Below are positions 10,833 to 21,069 of a stretch of 64,000 nt of DNA, piece after piece (within the stretch, counting starts at the first letter, position 1; the number at the start of each line of letters is the position of its first letter). This DNA comes from Nannocystales bacterium. Its GTDB lineage: Bacteria; Myxococcota_A; Polyangia; Nannocystales; Nannocystaceae. The position numbers were made by a program, and so were the translations under genes. The stretch lies in assembly GCA_050633305.1 (NCBI GenBank), contig JBOEGF010000027.1, positions 178,956-242,955 on the forward strand, written 5' to 3'. The notes under the pieces are model-generated. The model ran no database searches and had not been told where the DNA came from. It saw only the letters and a list, made by a program, of their open reading frames with translations.

Positions 10833-12803
10833 TCAGGTTTGCTGGGGGGTATGGCTTCCGCGTCGCTCTTCGAGCGTTTCCTCGGCGGCCAGGGTCGATT
10901 CAATTTCACCGAGGGACTTGCCCTCCATGCCGGACAACAACGCCCGTTCCATGCGACGGCGGGCGAATGCTTCGCTGACGCTCTCGAGATGCTCCCGAGC
11001 CTTCTTGAGCTCGGCAGGCGTCCCGGCAGGGTTGGCCATGGCTTCGTCGGTGGCGACGAGCGCGGCAACGATCAGCTCGCGCTCCTCCGCGGGCAGCAGG
11101 CTTTCGAGATGTCCGACCTCTTCAAGTGCCGTGCGGACCGCCAGCGACACGCGGCCGGTCTCGACACGTCCCTCCGCGAGGTTGCGGGCTTCAAAGTCGG
11201 CCTCAGCGTTGTCCAGGCTCTCCATCACCAACGAGTCGACGGCGGCCTCGTCCAGGCCGTAGGTCGGCTTGACCTCGACGGTCTGTTTGACGCCCGTCAT
11301 CAGCTCTTTGGCCGTGACGGTGAGCAACGCGTCTGCGTCCAGCTGAAACGACACTTCGACGCGCGCCATGGACGGCGGCAGCTGAGGGATCCCTCGCAGC
11401 TCGAACTTGGCGAGCGAGCGACAATCGGACGCCAGCTCGCGCTCGCCCTGGACGACATGGAACACCATGCCGGTCTGCTGCTCGGAGTAGTTCGTGAAGA
11501 CCTGCCGCGCGCCGATGGGGATCGTCGCGTTCCTCGGAATGAGCTGCTCCACGATGCCGCCCATCGTCTCGATGCCAAGGCTCAGCGGAACGACATCGAG
11601 CAGGGTGACGCCCTCGCGAGCGCTTCCCGACAGGATGTCCGCCTGAATCGCCGCGCCGTAGGCCACGACGCGGTCCGGGTCCAGGTCGCACAGTGGCGGC
11701 CGCTTGAAGGTCTTCTCGACCACCTCCCGCACCTTCGGCACCCGGGTCGAGCCACCGACCAGCACAACCCCGTGCAAATCGTCTGCGGTGACGTCGGCAT
11801 CCTTGAGCGTCTGCCGACACGCCTTGACGGTTCGACGCACGATCGGGCTGATCAACCCCTCGAATGCCTCGCGGGTGACCTCGAAACCAGTGAGGCTACA
11901 GGTGGGAACATCCACCGACACCGTTTCGGCATCGCTCAGGCGCTCCTTCGCGCTTCGAGCCACGGCCAACGCCTCTTCGCGTTGCCCAGCAGTCGCGGTT
12001 GAGACACCCGCGGCCTCGAGCAGATGGGATGCAAGCGCGTGGTCGAAGTCGTCACCGCCGAGCGCCGAGTCGCCCCCGGTCGCGAGCACCTGAAAGACCC
12101 CCTCGCGAAGGCGGAGGATACTGATGTCGAACGTTCCGCCACCGAGGTCGTAGATGGCAAACAGGCCTTGCTTGCCGCCGTCGTTTTGATCGAGTCCGTA
12201 CGCGAGCGCCGCAGCGGTGGGCTCCGCGAGCAACCGATAGACCCTCAACCCTGCGATCCGCCCAGCATCCTTGGTGGCTTGCCGCTGTGCGTCGTCGAAG
12301 TACGCGGGCACCGTGATCACGGCGCCATCGATCGGCTCACCGAGTTCGGCCTCGGCGCGAGTCTTGAGCACGCGAAGGATCTCGGCCGAGACCTCCATCG
12401 GCGTCACGGCCCGCTGGGCCCCCATGTCGAAACGAACGACTTGGTCCGCCTCGTCCTTGGGCGGCGCCATCGGATACGGGTGGGCACCGACCTCGTCCCG
12501 TCCACGTCCCATGAAGCGCTTGACCGAGCTGATGACCCGCGCCGGGTTGGCGACCTGCTCGGCACGAGCCTGCGCTCCAACCACGACGTCCTCTCCGACG
12601 TAGGAAACCACCGAGGGAAGAATGTCGTGGCCCTCGGCATCCTTGACCTCGCGCGGCAGCTCACCGTGAGGTGCCAACGCGACCAGGCTGTGCGTCGTCC
12701 CCAGGTCGATGCCGATGCCACGGCCGGGCGCTCGCTTGGACGCCGCAGGAGCCGTCGGCTCCTCGATCTGGAAGAGGGCTCCGGGGTCGAAGTCGTCACT
12801 CAT
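10833..12803 (-). CDS. hscA: Fe-S assembly chaperone HscA (Hsp70)
   Basis: [58 protein letters not shown]; isc context. Confidence 0.93.
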   Translation of the reverse strand: MSDDFDPGALFQIEEPTAPAASKRAPGRGIGIDLGTTHSLVALAPHGELPREVKDAEGHDILPSVVSYVGEDVVVGAQARAEQVANPARVISSVKRFMGRGRDEVGAHPYPMAPPKDEADQVVRFDMGAQRAVTPMEVSAEILRVLKTRAEAELGEPIDGAVITVPAYFDDAQRQATKDAGRIAGLRVYRLLAEPTAAALAYGLDQNDGGKQGLFAIYDLGGGTFDISILRLREGVFQVLATGGDSALGGDDFDHALASHLLEAAGVSTATAGQREEALAVARSAKERLSDAETVSVDVPTCSLTGFEVTREAFEGLISPIVRRTVKACRQTLKDADVTADDLHGVVLVGGSTRVPKVREVVEKTFKRPPLCDLDPDRVVAYGAAIQADILSGSAREGVTLLDVVPLSLGIETMGGIVEQLIPRNATIPIGARQVFTNYSEQQTGMVFHVVQGERELASDCRSLAKFELRGIPQLPPSMARVEVSFQLDADALLTVTAKELMTGVKQTVEVKPTYGLDEAAVDSLVMESLDNAEADFEARNLAEGRVETGRVSLAVRTALEEVGHLESLLPAEERELIVAALVATDEAMANPAGTPAELKKAREHLESVSEAFARRRMERALLSGMEGKSLGEIESTLAAEETLEERRGSHTPQQT

Positions 12804-12806
12804 GAT

Positions 12807-13319
12807 TCAGCCTTCGTCAATCTCATCGATCTCGTCGATGAGGCGCTGCAGGTACCGACGGACCACCAGGTGCCGAGACGCGGCGTCTGTGTCTCCGTCG
12901 GCGATGGCGGTGACCGCCGCGGCGAGCGCATCCCCGAGTTGGCCGTCGATGTCTTCGCGCAAGTCGTCCAGGGCGTCGGCCCCCGCCGAGCGAGCCTCAG
13001 CGACGCGCTCGCGATGCTCGATCATCTCGATCAGAAACGCCTGCGGCATCTTGGGGGCCCCCACCTCGGGGTCGGAGGAGTCGAGGTCTCGGCCACCGAG
13101 CTTCACCAAGTACTCCGCACGCTTCGCGGGGTCCCGAAGCGTCCTGTACGCCTCGTTGATCGCGGCGCTGGCCTCCATCGCGGTGCGCTTGGCCGACGAG
13201 TCGTCCTGGTTGACCTTGTCCGGATGCGCGTTGGCTGCGCGCGCGAGGTACTCGGTCTCGAGGGTGTCGCGATCCAGCGCATGCTGGCGCGGCAGCCCCA
13301 GCCGTTCGAAATGATCCAT
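12807..13319 (-). CDS. hscB: Co-chaperone HscB
   Basis: J-domain HPD, INEAYRTLRDPAKRAEYL, FLIEMIEHRE. Confidence 0.92.
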   Translation of the reverse strand: MDHFERLGLPRQHALDRDTLETEYLARAANAHPDKVNQDDSSAKRTAMEASAAINEAYRTLRDPAKRAEYLVKLGGRDLDSSDPEVGAPKMPQAFLIEMIEHRERVAEARSAGADALDDLREDIDGQLGDALAAAVTAIADGDTDAASRHLVVRRYLQRLIDEIDEIDEG

Positions 13320-13391
13320 GTTGCAAGACTTCAGCGGGTCGCCCAAAGACGCCCGCTTTGCAGAGGGTTGCTGCCGATCGGAGCGCCGGCT

Positions 13392-13778
13392 CTAGAACGA
13401 GACCGACTCGCCGCAGCCGCAGGAGTCGTCGACGTTGGGGTTTTCGAAGCGGAAGCCGTGACCGCGGATTCCGGTTTCGAAGTCGAGGCGAGTGCCTTTG
13501 ACCAGGACCATGCTCTTGGGGTCCACGTACACGCGGACACCGAAGGCTTCGACCACGTGATCGCTGGATCGCGGCTCACCGTCTTCGAACTGGAACATGT
13601 ACGAGTACCCGGTACAGCCGCCCCCGCGAATGCCGAAGCGGATTGCGCCGCCCGGGGTTCCGCGCTTGTCGAGTTGGCCGCGCATGACCTTGGCAGCACG
13701 AGCCGTGACCACGACCGTGTTGGCCGCGGGCGCAGGAGCCTCGGTGGACGGGGTTGGCGATGCGGGTGCTGCGTTCAC
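13392..13778 (-). CDS. iscA: Fe-S A-type carrier IscA
   Basis: GGGCTGYSY, FENPN, CGCGESVSF; GTG overlaps iscU stop. Confidence 0.93.
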   Translation of the reverse strand: MNAAPASPTPSTEAPAPAANTVVVTARAAKVMRGQLDKRGTPGGAIRFGIRGGGCTGYSYMFQFEDGEPRSSDHVVEAFGVRVYVDPKSMVLVKGTRLDFETGIRGHGFRFENPNVDDSCGCGESVSF

Positions 13779-14164
13779 TGCGGCCCGTTCCCGTTCTTCT
13801 CTTGGTAGTCCTTGATCGCCGCCTTGATCGCATCTTCGGCGAGCACCGAGCAGTGAATCTTCACAGGAGGAAGCGCGAGTTCCTCGGCGATCTGGCTGTT
13901 CTGAATCGACCCCGCCTCCTCGATGCTCATGCCCTTGACCCACTCGGTCACGAGCGAGCTGCTTGCGATGGCCGACCCGCAGCCGTAGGTCTTGAACTTT
14001 GCGTCCTTGATGACGCCGTCCTCAACCTTGATCTGCAGCTTCATCACGTCGCCACAAGCCGGAGCACCCACGATGCCCGTGCCCACGTCGTCGTCGCCCT
14101 TGTCGAGGCTGCCCACGTTGCGGGGGTTGTCGTAGTGTTCGATGACCTTTTCGCTGTACGCCAT
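13775..14164 (-). CDS. iscU: Fe-S scaffold IscU
   Basis: MAYSEKVIEHYDNPRNVG, GAPACGDVM, GCGSAIASSS, LPPVKIHCSVLAEDA. Confidence 0.97.
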   Translation of the reverse strand: MAYSEKVIEHYDNPRNVGSLDKGDDDVGTGIVGAPACGDVMKLQIKVEDGVIKDAKFKTYGCGSAIASSSLVTEWVKGMSIEEAGSIQNSQIAEELALPPVKIHCSVLAEDAIKAAIKDYQEKNGNGPQ

Positions 14165-14201
14165 GGTGTTGAATCCTTGAGGTTCGAGAGTGGGACGGAG
14201 C

Positions 14202-15422
14202 CTAGTGGTGTGCCCACTGGATAGAGTCGAGGTCGATGCCTTCCTGCACCATCTCCCACAGGGGAGACATCTCGCGCAGTCGGCTGACGTGTGTGCGAAG
14301 CAGCCCGACGACGAAGTCGATCTCGGCTTTCGTCGTCATGCGGCCGATCGTCATGCGGAGGCTGGAGTGCGCAAGCTCGTCGTTGAGGCCCATCGCCCGC
14401 AACACGTAGCTGGGCTCGAGGCTTGCCGAGGTGCATGCCGAACCCGACGACAGCGCAACATCCTTGAGCGCCATCAGCAGCGACTCGCCTTCGATGTAGG
14501 CGAAGCTCAGGTTGAGGTGGCCGGGGAGCATGTGCTCGGGGTGGCCGTTGAGGATCACGTGCTCGATCGAACCGGTAAGCTCGGACTTCATGTAGTCCCG
14601 AAGCTCGCCGATGCGCTTCATGTCGTCGGCCATGTCCTCGCGGGCGATGCGGGCGGCTTCCCCGAATCCTGCGATGTTCGGCACGGCCAAGGTGCCCGAG
14701 CGGTTGCCGCGTTCGTGGCCACCACCGTGGATCTGCGCGGCGAGACGGACGCGAGGCTTGCGGCGCCGAACGTAGAGCGCGCCCACGCCCTTGGGGCCGT
14801 AGATCTTGTGGGCCGAGATCGACATGAGGTCGATGCTCATCGCCTCGACGTCGATGGGAAGCTTGCCAAACGTCTGCGTGGCATCGGTGTGGAACAACAC
14901 CTTGTGCTCCCGACAGACCTTGCCGATCTCGGCGAGGGGCATGACCACGCCCGTCTCGTTGTTGCCGTGCATGACCGAGACCAGGACGGTCTTCTCGGTG
15001 ATCGCATCGGCGACCTGCTGCGGGGTGACAAGCCCGCCCTTGTCGACCTCGAGGTACGTGACGTCCACGCCCCGTCGCTCCAGGAACTTGCAGGTGTCGA
15101 GCACGGCCTTGTGCTCGGTGTTCACCGTGATGATGTGGTTGCCCTTCTCGGCCAGGTACTCGGCCACGCCCTTGATGGCGAGGTTGTTGGACTCGGTCGC
15201 GCCGCTGGTCCACGTGACCTCTTTGGGGTCCGCACCGATCGTCTTGGCGATCTCTTCACGGGCGTTCTCGACGGCTTCTTCCGCTTCCCAGCCGAACGCG
15301 TGTGTCCGGCTGGCCGAGTTGCCGTACGCCTTGGTGAAGAACGGCAACATCTTGTCGAGCACACGCTGGTCGACGGGACAGGTGGCGGCGTAGTCGAAGT
15401 AGACGGGGGTCTGGACGCTCAT
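14202..15422 (-). CDS. iscS: Cysteine desulfurase IscS
   Basis: [25 protein letters not shown] (PLP Lys), [20 protein letters not shown] 15422. Confidence 0.97.
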   Translation of the reverse strand: MSVQTPVYFDYAATCPVDQRVLDKMLPFFTKAYGNSASRTHAFGWEAEEAVENAREEIAKTIGADPKEVTWTSGATESNNLAIKGVAEYLAEKGNHIITVNTEHKAVLDTCKFLERRGVDVTYLEVDKGGLVTPQQVADAITEKTVLVSVMHGNNETGVVMPLAEIGKVCREHKVLFHTDATQTFGKLPIDVEAMSIDLMSISAHKIYGPKGVGALYVRRRKPRVRLAAQIHGGGHERGNRSGTLAVPNIAGFGEAARIAREDMADDMKRIGELRDYMKSELTGSIEHVILNGHPEHMLPGHLNLSFAYIEGESLLMALKDVALSSGSACTSASLEPSYVLRAMGLNDELAHSSLRMTIGRMTTKAEIDFVVGLLRTHVSRLREMSPLWEMVQEGIDLDSIQWAHH

Positions 15423-15429
15423 GGTGCGC

Positions 15430-15978
15430 TTACGGGGTGCTTGGATCCTGGAAGGATCGGATCTGGACGACGGCCGAGGTGCTCCGGCCCGTCGTAGGGG
15501 AATGAATGCCCGCGACCAGCGACGGTGCTTCGGTATCCGAGTGCACGCCGTCGCACGAGACACATCCATCGACGAGATGCTCGTGGCTGCACGCCCGGCA
15601 TCCCTCGAGGTAGGCAAGGCTCTCGGAGAGGTCTCGCTCGAGCTGAAGAAGCTTCTCGACCTGGGCCCGGGTATCGGCGAGCCGGCCGCGGAAGTTCTCC
15701 CGGAGGCTCTGCATGGCATCGGGGCCGGACGAGGAGCTTTCCACCGTCTCGAGCAGGCCCTGAATCTGAGGCAACGAGAAACCGAGCGCCTGGAGCTTGG
15801 CGATCCAGTAAACGCGGGCGACCTCGTCGGCCCCGTAGAGGCGGTAGTTCCCCTCCGAGCGCTTCGGCTGGAGCAAGCCCATCTCTTCGTACAACCGCAG
15901 CGCACGGACGGTCTTGCCGGTCATCCGGGCAAGCTCGCCGACTTTCATGCGATGCGAGATGTGTGCAGAGGTGGTCAT
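15430..15978 (-). CDS. MerR-family transcriptional regulator with C-terminal CX2CX8CX2C motif
   Basis: [26 protein letters not shown]...RSEGNYRLY...LGFSLPQI; C-terminal [16 protein letters not shown]; 7 bp upstream of iscS. Confidence 0.9.
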   Translation of the reverse strand: MTTSAHISHRMKVGELARMTGKTVRALRLYEEMGLLQPKRSEGNYRLYGADEVARVYWIAKLQALGFSLPQIQGLLETVESSSSGPDAMQSLRENFRGRLADTRAQVEKLLQLERDLSESLAYLEGCRACSHEHLVDGCVSCDGVHSDTEAPSLVAGIHSPTTGRSTSAVVQIRSFQDPSTP

Positions 15979-15985
15979 AGACTCT

Positions 15986-16089
15986 AACCCTTCCGTACGG
16001 GCCGGGTTGGCGGCGGGAGTCTGTAGGTACGCCAGGAGTCTGTCAACCCCGCCCTCAGCCTCCAAAACCCTACCCCTTACGGAAGGGTC
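15986..16089 (-). promoter_or_regulatory. Putative sigma70 promoter (TTGACA at 16046-16041) flanked by two MerR-type operator-like boxes
   Basis: ACCCTTCCGTA (15987-15997) and its exact reverse complement (16078-16088); each lies in an imperfect ACCC...GGGT palindrome. Confidence 0.55.
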
Positions 16090-16187
16090 AGGCAACCCGG
16101 CCCGCAAGCATCAGCGCGCTTGGCGCAGAACGAGAAAACGCCGCCCACGGGGACCCGGGGCGGCGTCGAAGCTGACGAGCGGAGCGC

Positions 16188-18500
16188 TCAGCCCTTCTTT
16201 TTCTTTTTCCCTTTCTTCTTCTTGCCCTTCTTCTTCTTGCCCTTCTTCTTCTTGCCCTTCTTCTTCTTGTCGGCATCATCGTCGACCGACGGCTTGGGCA
16301 CGGGCGGCTTCTTGGGCTCTACGACAGGGCCGTCTTTCTTCTCGTCGGCTTTCTTCTCGTCAGCCTTCTTCCCGTCGGCTTTCTTTTCGTCAGCCTTCTT
16401 CTCGTCGGCCTTCTTCTCATCGGCCTTCTTCTCATCGGCCTTCTTCTCATCGGCCTTCTTCTCGTCGTCCGGCTCGACCGGCGTGTGCTCGGGTACGACA
16501 GGCTTGTGCTCCGGGATGATCTCCGGCTCGGGGTCCGACGGGTTCACGCCCAGGTCCTGCGCCAGGGTCTCGTTGCCTAGGCCAGACACGGCGGCGTAGC
16601 CGATCGCACCCGCCACCGCCATCGCACCGACCCCACTGCCGACCAGGCTGCCGGGTCCCTCGCTGCCCGCCCGCGTGTGATACGCGAACGCCATCGCGGA
16701 ACTCTCGTACTTGGTCGCCAAGGGCGCGAACGCTTCGGCGGGCGCTGTCCCCTCGGTGACCCGGTGCGCGGCGTCGAGCGCGGCGCGTCCCTCGTCCGTC
16801 GCGCGGTTTCCGATCCCTTGGATCGCGAGGTGAGCAACCGGCAGTGCGCTCCCGGCGGGCTTCTCGACCCACATCGAGCTGCTCGAGACCGGCGCCGTCA
16901 GGGCCAGACCCGCGATCACAGTCTCGGCATCAACGTCGGGGACGTTCTTGAGTGCCGCACGAAGGAGCTTGTGCAGGTGCTCGCCCTGCATGAAGTCCGC
17001 GGGGAGGTGCATCGCGAAAGCGACCTCCTCGCGCTTGAACCCTTCGGCCAGCGGTGCGGGCAGAGAGGCGAGCGTGTCGGCGCTGATTCCATCACCCGAG
17101 CCGTCGAGCAGCTTGCCCACGTTGGCGGTGTTGGGCCCGACCGCAACGGTCAGTGCGTTGTTCGCCGCGAACGCCCAGCCGTCGAAATGTAGGCCCGCAA
17201 ACGCCTTCACGATGTCGGCCTCGGGAATCCCGGTGAGCTCTACGTGGAGCGCATCCGCCATCGTCGTGCCGTGATTCACGGGCACCTTTTCGATCTTCAG
17301 CTCGCTCCCCTCGAGCTCTGGAATTGCCTTTGGAGCCTCTTTCGAGGCCTCGAGGGCAAGTTCCCATGCTTTGGAGAACGGCGCGACGTCCCGGATGCCG
17401 GCTTGCAGCACCAAGCCACCGGGGTCCACCGAGCCGGCGACCATGAACTCACCGGTCATGGTCTCGAACATCTTGGCCACCTCGGGCGGAGCATCGCCGG
17501 CCGCTGCCGCCATCCCCACCCCCACCAGCGCAGAGTTGGCGCGACCCCACGCGAACCCAGCGCCAGGTTGCACGTTGGCCAAGGTGTGGGTCTCGCCCCC
17601 TTCGAGCGCTGCGAGCCCTTGCTCGACGTCCCTGTCGACCGGGAACACGCCTGCGAGGTGGACGAGGCCGGGCAAGGTCGTCACCGCGAAGATCGCATCC
17701 TCGCTCGGCATGTGGACCAGCACGTTGGCATCGTCGAGCGCGACGGCTGCCAGCTTGTCTTGCAGCGCTTTTCGTACCGCACTCGGGTCCTCCGCCGGTT
17801 TGTAGGCGTCGAGCGTGGCCTGATCGTCGGCGCAGACGCTCCAACCCTCGTGGCCAGCGAGCGAGCCGCACGCCATGTCGTCGGCGTCGTCCTCTCCTAG
17901 GGCTTTCGCGAGATTCGCGACCGCGTTCGGATCGTCGGCCGCGAACACCATGACGGGGTCCTTGTTGACGTTGATGATCGCCGCGCCATCTTTGAGGCGA
18001 AGGCCCGACGCACCCAGCGCCTCGATGACCTTCTTGCCCTTGGTGTCCATGACCTCATAGGCCTCGTTCACTTCCCGAAGGTCTGAGGAGGTCTCGGGGG
18101 ACGCGGCCAGCTTCTTGAGCGGCGCGTCCACGAAACGCATCCCTTCCTCGTAGTAGTCGGCGAGGACCGAGGCGTCCCGGATGATGGCGAACTCGGCGTC
18201 GGCGTCGGGGACGAAGGAGAGCATCAGGTCGAGGCCCGTGTGCATCGGCTCGACGGGAATCGGCTCCGGCGGTGCGACCTTCGGCTCCTCATCGTCCTTC
18301 TTGGCCTCGGCTTCTTTGGACTCGTCCTTCGATTCCTCGCTGGGCTTGTCCTTGCCGGCATCTTTGTCCTCCTCGCCGCCAACCTTCGCGGCGATTTCCT
18401 CGGCCTTGTCGCACCCTCCGAGCGTGACGGAACTCGACAGGAACGCGACGGCGAGCGGAATGGCCACGGTCGGTCGGTGGGGCGGTCTCCAAGATCGCAT
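16188..18500 (-). CDS. Large lipoprotein with C-terminal DEKKA and KKKKG repeats
   Basis: Signal with LGGC lipobox, long globular region, then (DEKKA)x9 and (KKKKG)x5 tail. Confidence 0.8.
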   Translation of the reverse strand: MRSWRPPHRPTVAIPLAVAFLSSSVTLGGCDKAEEIAAKVGGEEDKDAGKDKPSEESKDESKEAEAKKDDEEPKVAPPEPIPVEPMHTGLDLMLSFVPDADAEFAIIRDASVLADYYEEGMRFVDAPLKKLAASPETSSDLREVNEAYEVMDTKGKKVIEALGASGLRLKDGAAIINVNKDPVMVFAADDPNAVANLAKALGEDDADDMACGSLAGHEGWSVCADDQATLDAYKPAEDPSAVRKALQDKLAAVALDDANVLVHMPSEDAIFAVTTLPGLVHLAGVFPVDRDVEQGLAALEGGETHTLANVQPGAGFAWGRANSALVGVGMAAAAGDAPPEVAKMFETMTGEFMVAGSVDPGGLVLQAGIRDVAPFSKAWELALEASKEAPKAIPELEGSELKIEKVPVNHGTTMADALHVELTGIPEADIVKAFAGLHFDGWAFAANNALTVAVGPNTANVGKLLDGSGDGISADTLASLPAPLAEGFKREEVAFAMHLPADFMQGEHLHKLLRAALKNVPDVDAETVIAGLALTAPVSSSSMWVEKPAGSALPVAHLAIQGIGNRATDEGRAALDAAHRVTEGTAPAEAFAPLATKYESSAMAFAYHTRAGSEGPGSLVGSGVGAMAVAGAIGYAAVSGLGNETLAQDLGVNPSDPEPEIIPEHKPVVPEHTPVEPDDEKKADEKKADEKKADEKKADEKKADEKKADGKKADEKKADEKKDGPVVEPKKPPVPKPSVDDDADKKKKGKKKKGKKKKGKKKKGKKKKKG
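16192..16269. repeat. 15-bp coding tandem repeat (KKKKG x5)
   Basis: cccttcttcttcttg units on the + strand. Confidence 0.9.
16335..16466. repeat. 15-bp coding tandem repeat (DEKKA x9)
   Basis: ttcttctc(g/a)tcggc(c/t) units with synonymous variation. Confidence 0.9.
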
Positions 18501-18627
18501 GGGCGGAGCATACCGACCGCGGGACCGTCCTGTTCCGCACCAAACCAGCTGTAGGGCCGGAGATCTGCGCGCAGGGGGCCGTAGGTTGTGAGAGCTGCCC
18601 GCGCCGGGGTACCGTCATGTTCGGGTC

Positions 18628-19098
18628 ATGAGTTTTTCGGAGAAAATGCGCGAGAGTCTGGGTGCGACGGGTGTACGGCTGCGGGTTACACCGTCGTCGG
18701 ATCCGCTGACTCCCGGCGCGATGCTGACCGCACGGGTGGAACTCGAAGGAGGCACCTCGGCTGCCCATGTGGAGGCACTCGTGCTGCGGCTCATCGAGGC
18801 CGACCGACACTGGACCGCGGACGACGGCGGTCGATTCGAGGAGTCGGAGGCGGCGACGCTCGAGAACCGCGACCAGCTCACCGCTGCGTGGGATCGGCGC
18901 GCAGTCGCCGAGACCCGCATGTCTCTCGATGCTGACGTCGAGGCCTCGAGCGCCACGAGTGTGGAGATAGAGTTGTCGATTCCGCACGACTGCAAGCCCA
19001 CGTCGACCAGCTGTGCGCACACGCTCAACGTTCAGGCCGACATTCGGGGGCAGATCGACCCCACGGCCAACGCGCGCGTCGTGCTCGCCAGCGGTTGA
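18628..19098 (+). CDS. Spo0M-like (arrestin-fold) protein
   Basis: SLGATGVRL...PGAMLTARVELEGG, C-terminal ADIRGQIDPT resemble Spo0M family patterns. Confidence 0.55.
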   Translation: MSFSEKMRESLGATGVRLRVTPSSDPLTPGAMLTARVELEGGTSAAHVEALVLRLIEADRHWTADDGGRFEESEAATLENRDQLTAAWDRRAVAETRMSLDADVEASSATSVEIELSIPHDCKPTSTSCAHTLNVQADIRGQIDPTANARVVLASG

Positions 19099-19180
19099 AC
19101 GCAGAACGGGCCTCCCTCCAGGGTCCGAATGCGGGACCGATACTGGCGGATCAGGGCACGCCCCCGGTACGATGTCTCTC

Positions 19181-20533
19181 ATGGATCGGGTCGGGTCACT
19201 CAAGCGCGCCGCACCACTGTGCGCTGCGGCGCTCACACTCCTCGCGGCCACAGACGCCGCGGCCGAACGGGTGGTGTTCATCAACCTCGACCCCGTCACG
19301 CTCAACAGCGACGGGGGCCAGGATCCAACCGTCGACTCGTATACCAGCAACGGCTTCACCGCTGGCGCCGTCTCGGGGATGGCGCTGACCGCCGAGCAGC
19401 AGGAGCTGCTTCACTTCTATCTCAAGGAAGCGACGACTCCGTTCGACGTCGAATACGTCTTCGAGCGGCCCGCCGTCGCGGGCTACGACATGGTGGTCTT
19501 CGGCTCGGAGGCCGATGCAAACGGGCGCTTCGCGGACAGCGACTGCCCACCGGCCATCGGATTGGGAGACTGCGGCGACGGCAGCGCGCAGAACATCTCG
19601 TTCGTCTTCCAAGGATGCCTGCCGGTCGCTCAGCAGACCGACATGCGGCGCATCGCCTACTACTCGCTGACCGGCCTCGGCTTCGGCTGGGGGCTGGAGA
19701 ACGAGTCGACGGTGGGCCAGCTCATGGGCTCGTACAGTGTGTTCGGGCTTCAGTTCGGCAGCGAGTGTGTCGGCATCGTCGGGGGGACCTGCCCTGCCCA
19801 TCCCGGCTGCCCCGCAGGCGAGCAGAACGCCACCGCAGACCTCACCGCCGTCGTCGGCGTGCGCGTCGATGACGGGCCTCCCTCGGTCACGATCACCGCG
19901 CCTGCGAACGGCGCGACGGTCGACCCCACGTTCTCGATCAGCGCGGACGTGCTGGACGGCTTCGGAGGCCTGGACGTATCGCTGTCCGCCGACATCGACG
20001 GCACGCCGATCTCGGAAGATGCTGTTGAGCCGCCGTACGAATGGAACTTCAATGGCGTGCCCGCGGGCACCTGGACGTTCGACGTGAACGCCACCGATGC
20101 CGACGGAGCCATGGTCACCGCGTCGGTCACCGTCACCGTCGAAGGTGCCGCGACCACCGGAGCCGATACGACCGGTGGCGATGACACGACCGGTGGTGAT
20201 CCAACGCTCGACCCGACCGACGCCACGGTCGACCCCTCCACCTCGGGCGACCCGAGCGCAGGCACGGCCGATGGCACGGACACCGCCGACTCGTCCGAGA
20301 CCGAGGACACGGCCACCAGCGCGCCTATCGACCCCACGATGCCTGTCGATCCGGCTGCGTTCGGCGTCGGTGGGACAGGATGCGAATGCCGCAGCGCTCC
20401 GGGCCGCGGCCGCTGGGGTGGCGTGGGCGCGCTCGCGTTGCTCGTGCTTGGCGTTACCGCCTCACGCCGGCGCGGACGAACGTCCACACGCCCATCCCGG
20501 ACATCGAGCCACCGCGGCCGAACGTCCCGGTGA
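19181..20533 (+). CDS. Secreted protein with Ig-like domain, Thr/Asp linker and MYXO-CTERM sorting signal
   Basis: Signal peptide, Cys-rich region, PPSVTITAPANGATV Ig-like domain, GCECRSAPG...ALALLVLGVTASRRR. Confidence 0.82.
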   Translation: MDRVGSLKRAAPLCAAALTLLAATDAAAERVVFINLDPVTLNSDGGQDPTVDSYTSNGFTAGAVSGMALTAEQQELLHFYLKEATTPFDVEYVFERPAVAGYDMVVFGSEADANGRFADSDCPPAIGLGDCGDGSAQNISFVFQGCLPVAQQTDMRRIAYYSLTGLGFGWGLENESTVGQLMGSYSVFGLQFGSECVGIVGGTCPAHPGCPAGEQNATADLTAVVGVRVDDGPPSVTITAPANGATVDPTFSISADVLDGFGGLDVSLSADIDGTPISEDAVEPPYEWNFNGVPAGTWTFDVNATDADGAMVTASVTVTVEGAATTGADTTGGDDTTGGDPTLDPTDATVDPSTSGDPSAGTADGTDTADSSETEDTATSAPIDPTMPVDPAAFGVGGTGCECRSAPGRGRWGGVGALALLVLGVTASRRRGRTSTRPSRTSSHRGRTSR

Positions 20534-20975
20534 TCGTTGTGTCCTCGCGGTTGATCAGCAACCAGCCGCTGCCGACCGCACCACGGCCATCCTGCCACGT
20601 GAACGAGCACACGTTGGACGGCGCAGTCTCGCCCTCGCCCATCTCGGCTCGTGATTGCGTGAGCGAGAGGATGTATCGCTCGGGGCGCTTCCGGCCGCGG
20701 AAGTTCGCGTAGTAGCGCCCCTGTCCGAGTTGATCGATCCGAAGCTGCCCGGCGATTCCATCGACTTCGCCACGCCACGCTCCGGCGAAGTCGCTGGGCT
20801 TCTCGTACGCCTCGGGCGGAGGATGGGGCGGCTCGGACCCTGCATGGTCGCACCCCTCCGCCGCTGCCCAGCAGCCGGCAAGCCCGAGCAGACGCAGTCC
20901 GAAGCGTCGTCGTCCTTCGAGGGGTGCCAAAGCGGGGCGCACCATACACAAAGAGAGACGTTGGTGCGCTGCCAT
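20454..20975 (-). CDS. Hypothetical exported beta-rich protein
   Basis: Hydrophobic stretch with Cys, then FAGAWRG...GSGWL...GTFGRG...GVWTF; start uncertain. Confidence 0.55.
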   Translation of the reverse strand: MAAHQRLSLCMVRPALAPLEGRRRFGLRLLGLAGCWAAAEGCDHAGSEPPHPPPEAYEKPSDFAGAWRGEVDGIAGQLRIDQLGQGRYYANFRGRKRPERYILSLTQSRAEMGEGETAPSNVCSFTWQDGRGAVGSGWLLINREDTTITGTFGRGGSMSGMGVWTFVRAGVRR

Positions 20976-21069
20976 CCATGCGATCGCAGTACGTCAACGT
21001 GACGAAAACGACGCTGCGTGCCTGCGGCGCTTTCACCCTGCCGTTCCACCGTCTACACTCCGCCCGCCC

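Noticed and set aside
16192..16466. Tandem repeats as a possible CRISPR array
   Set aside because: 15-bp in-frame units with no unique spacers, and no cas genes in the window.
16120..16599. Poly-Phe/Ser ORF (FFSSA repeats) on the + strand
   Set aside because: It is the antisense reading of the DEKKA/KKKKG repeats of the lipoprotein.
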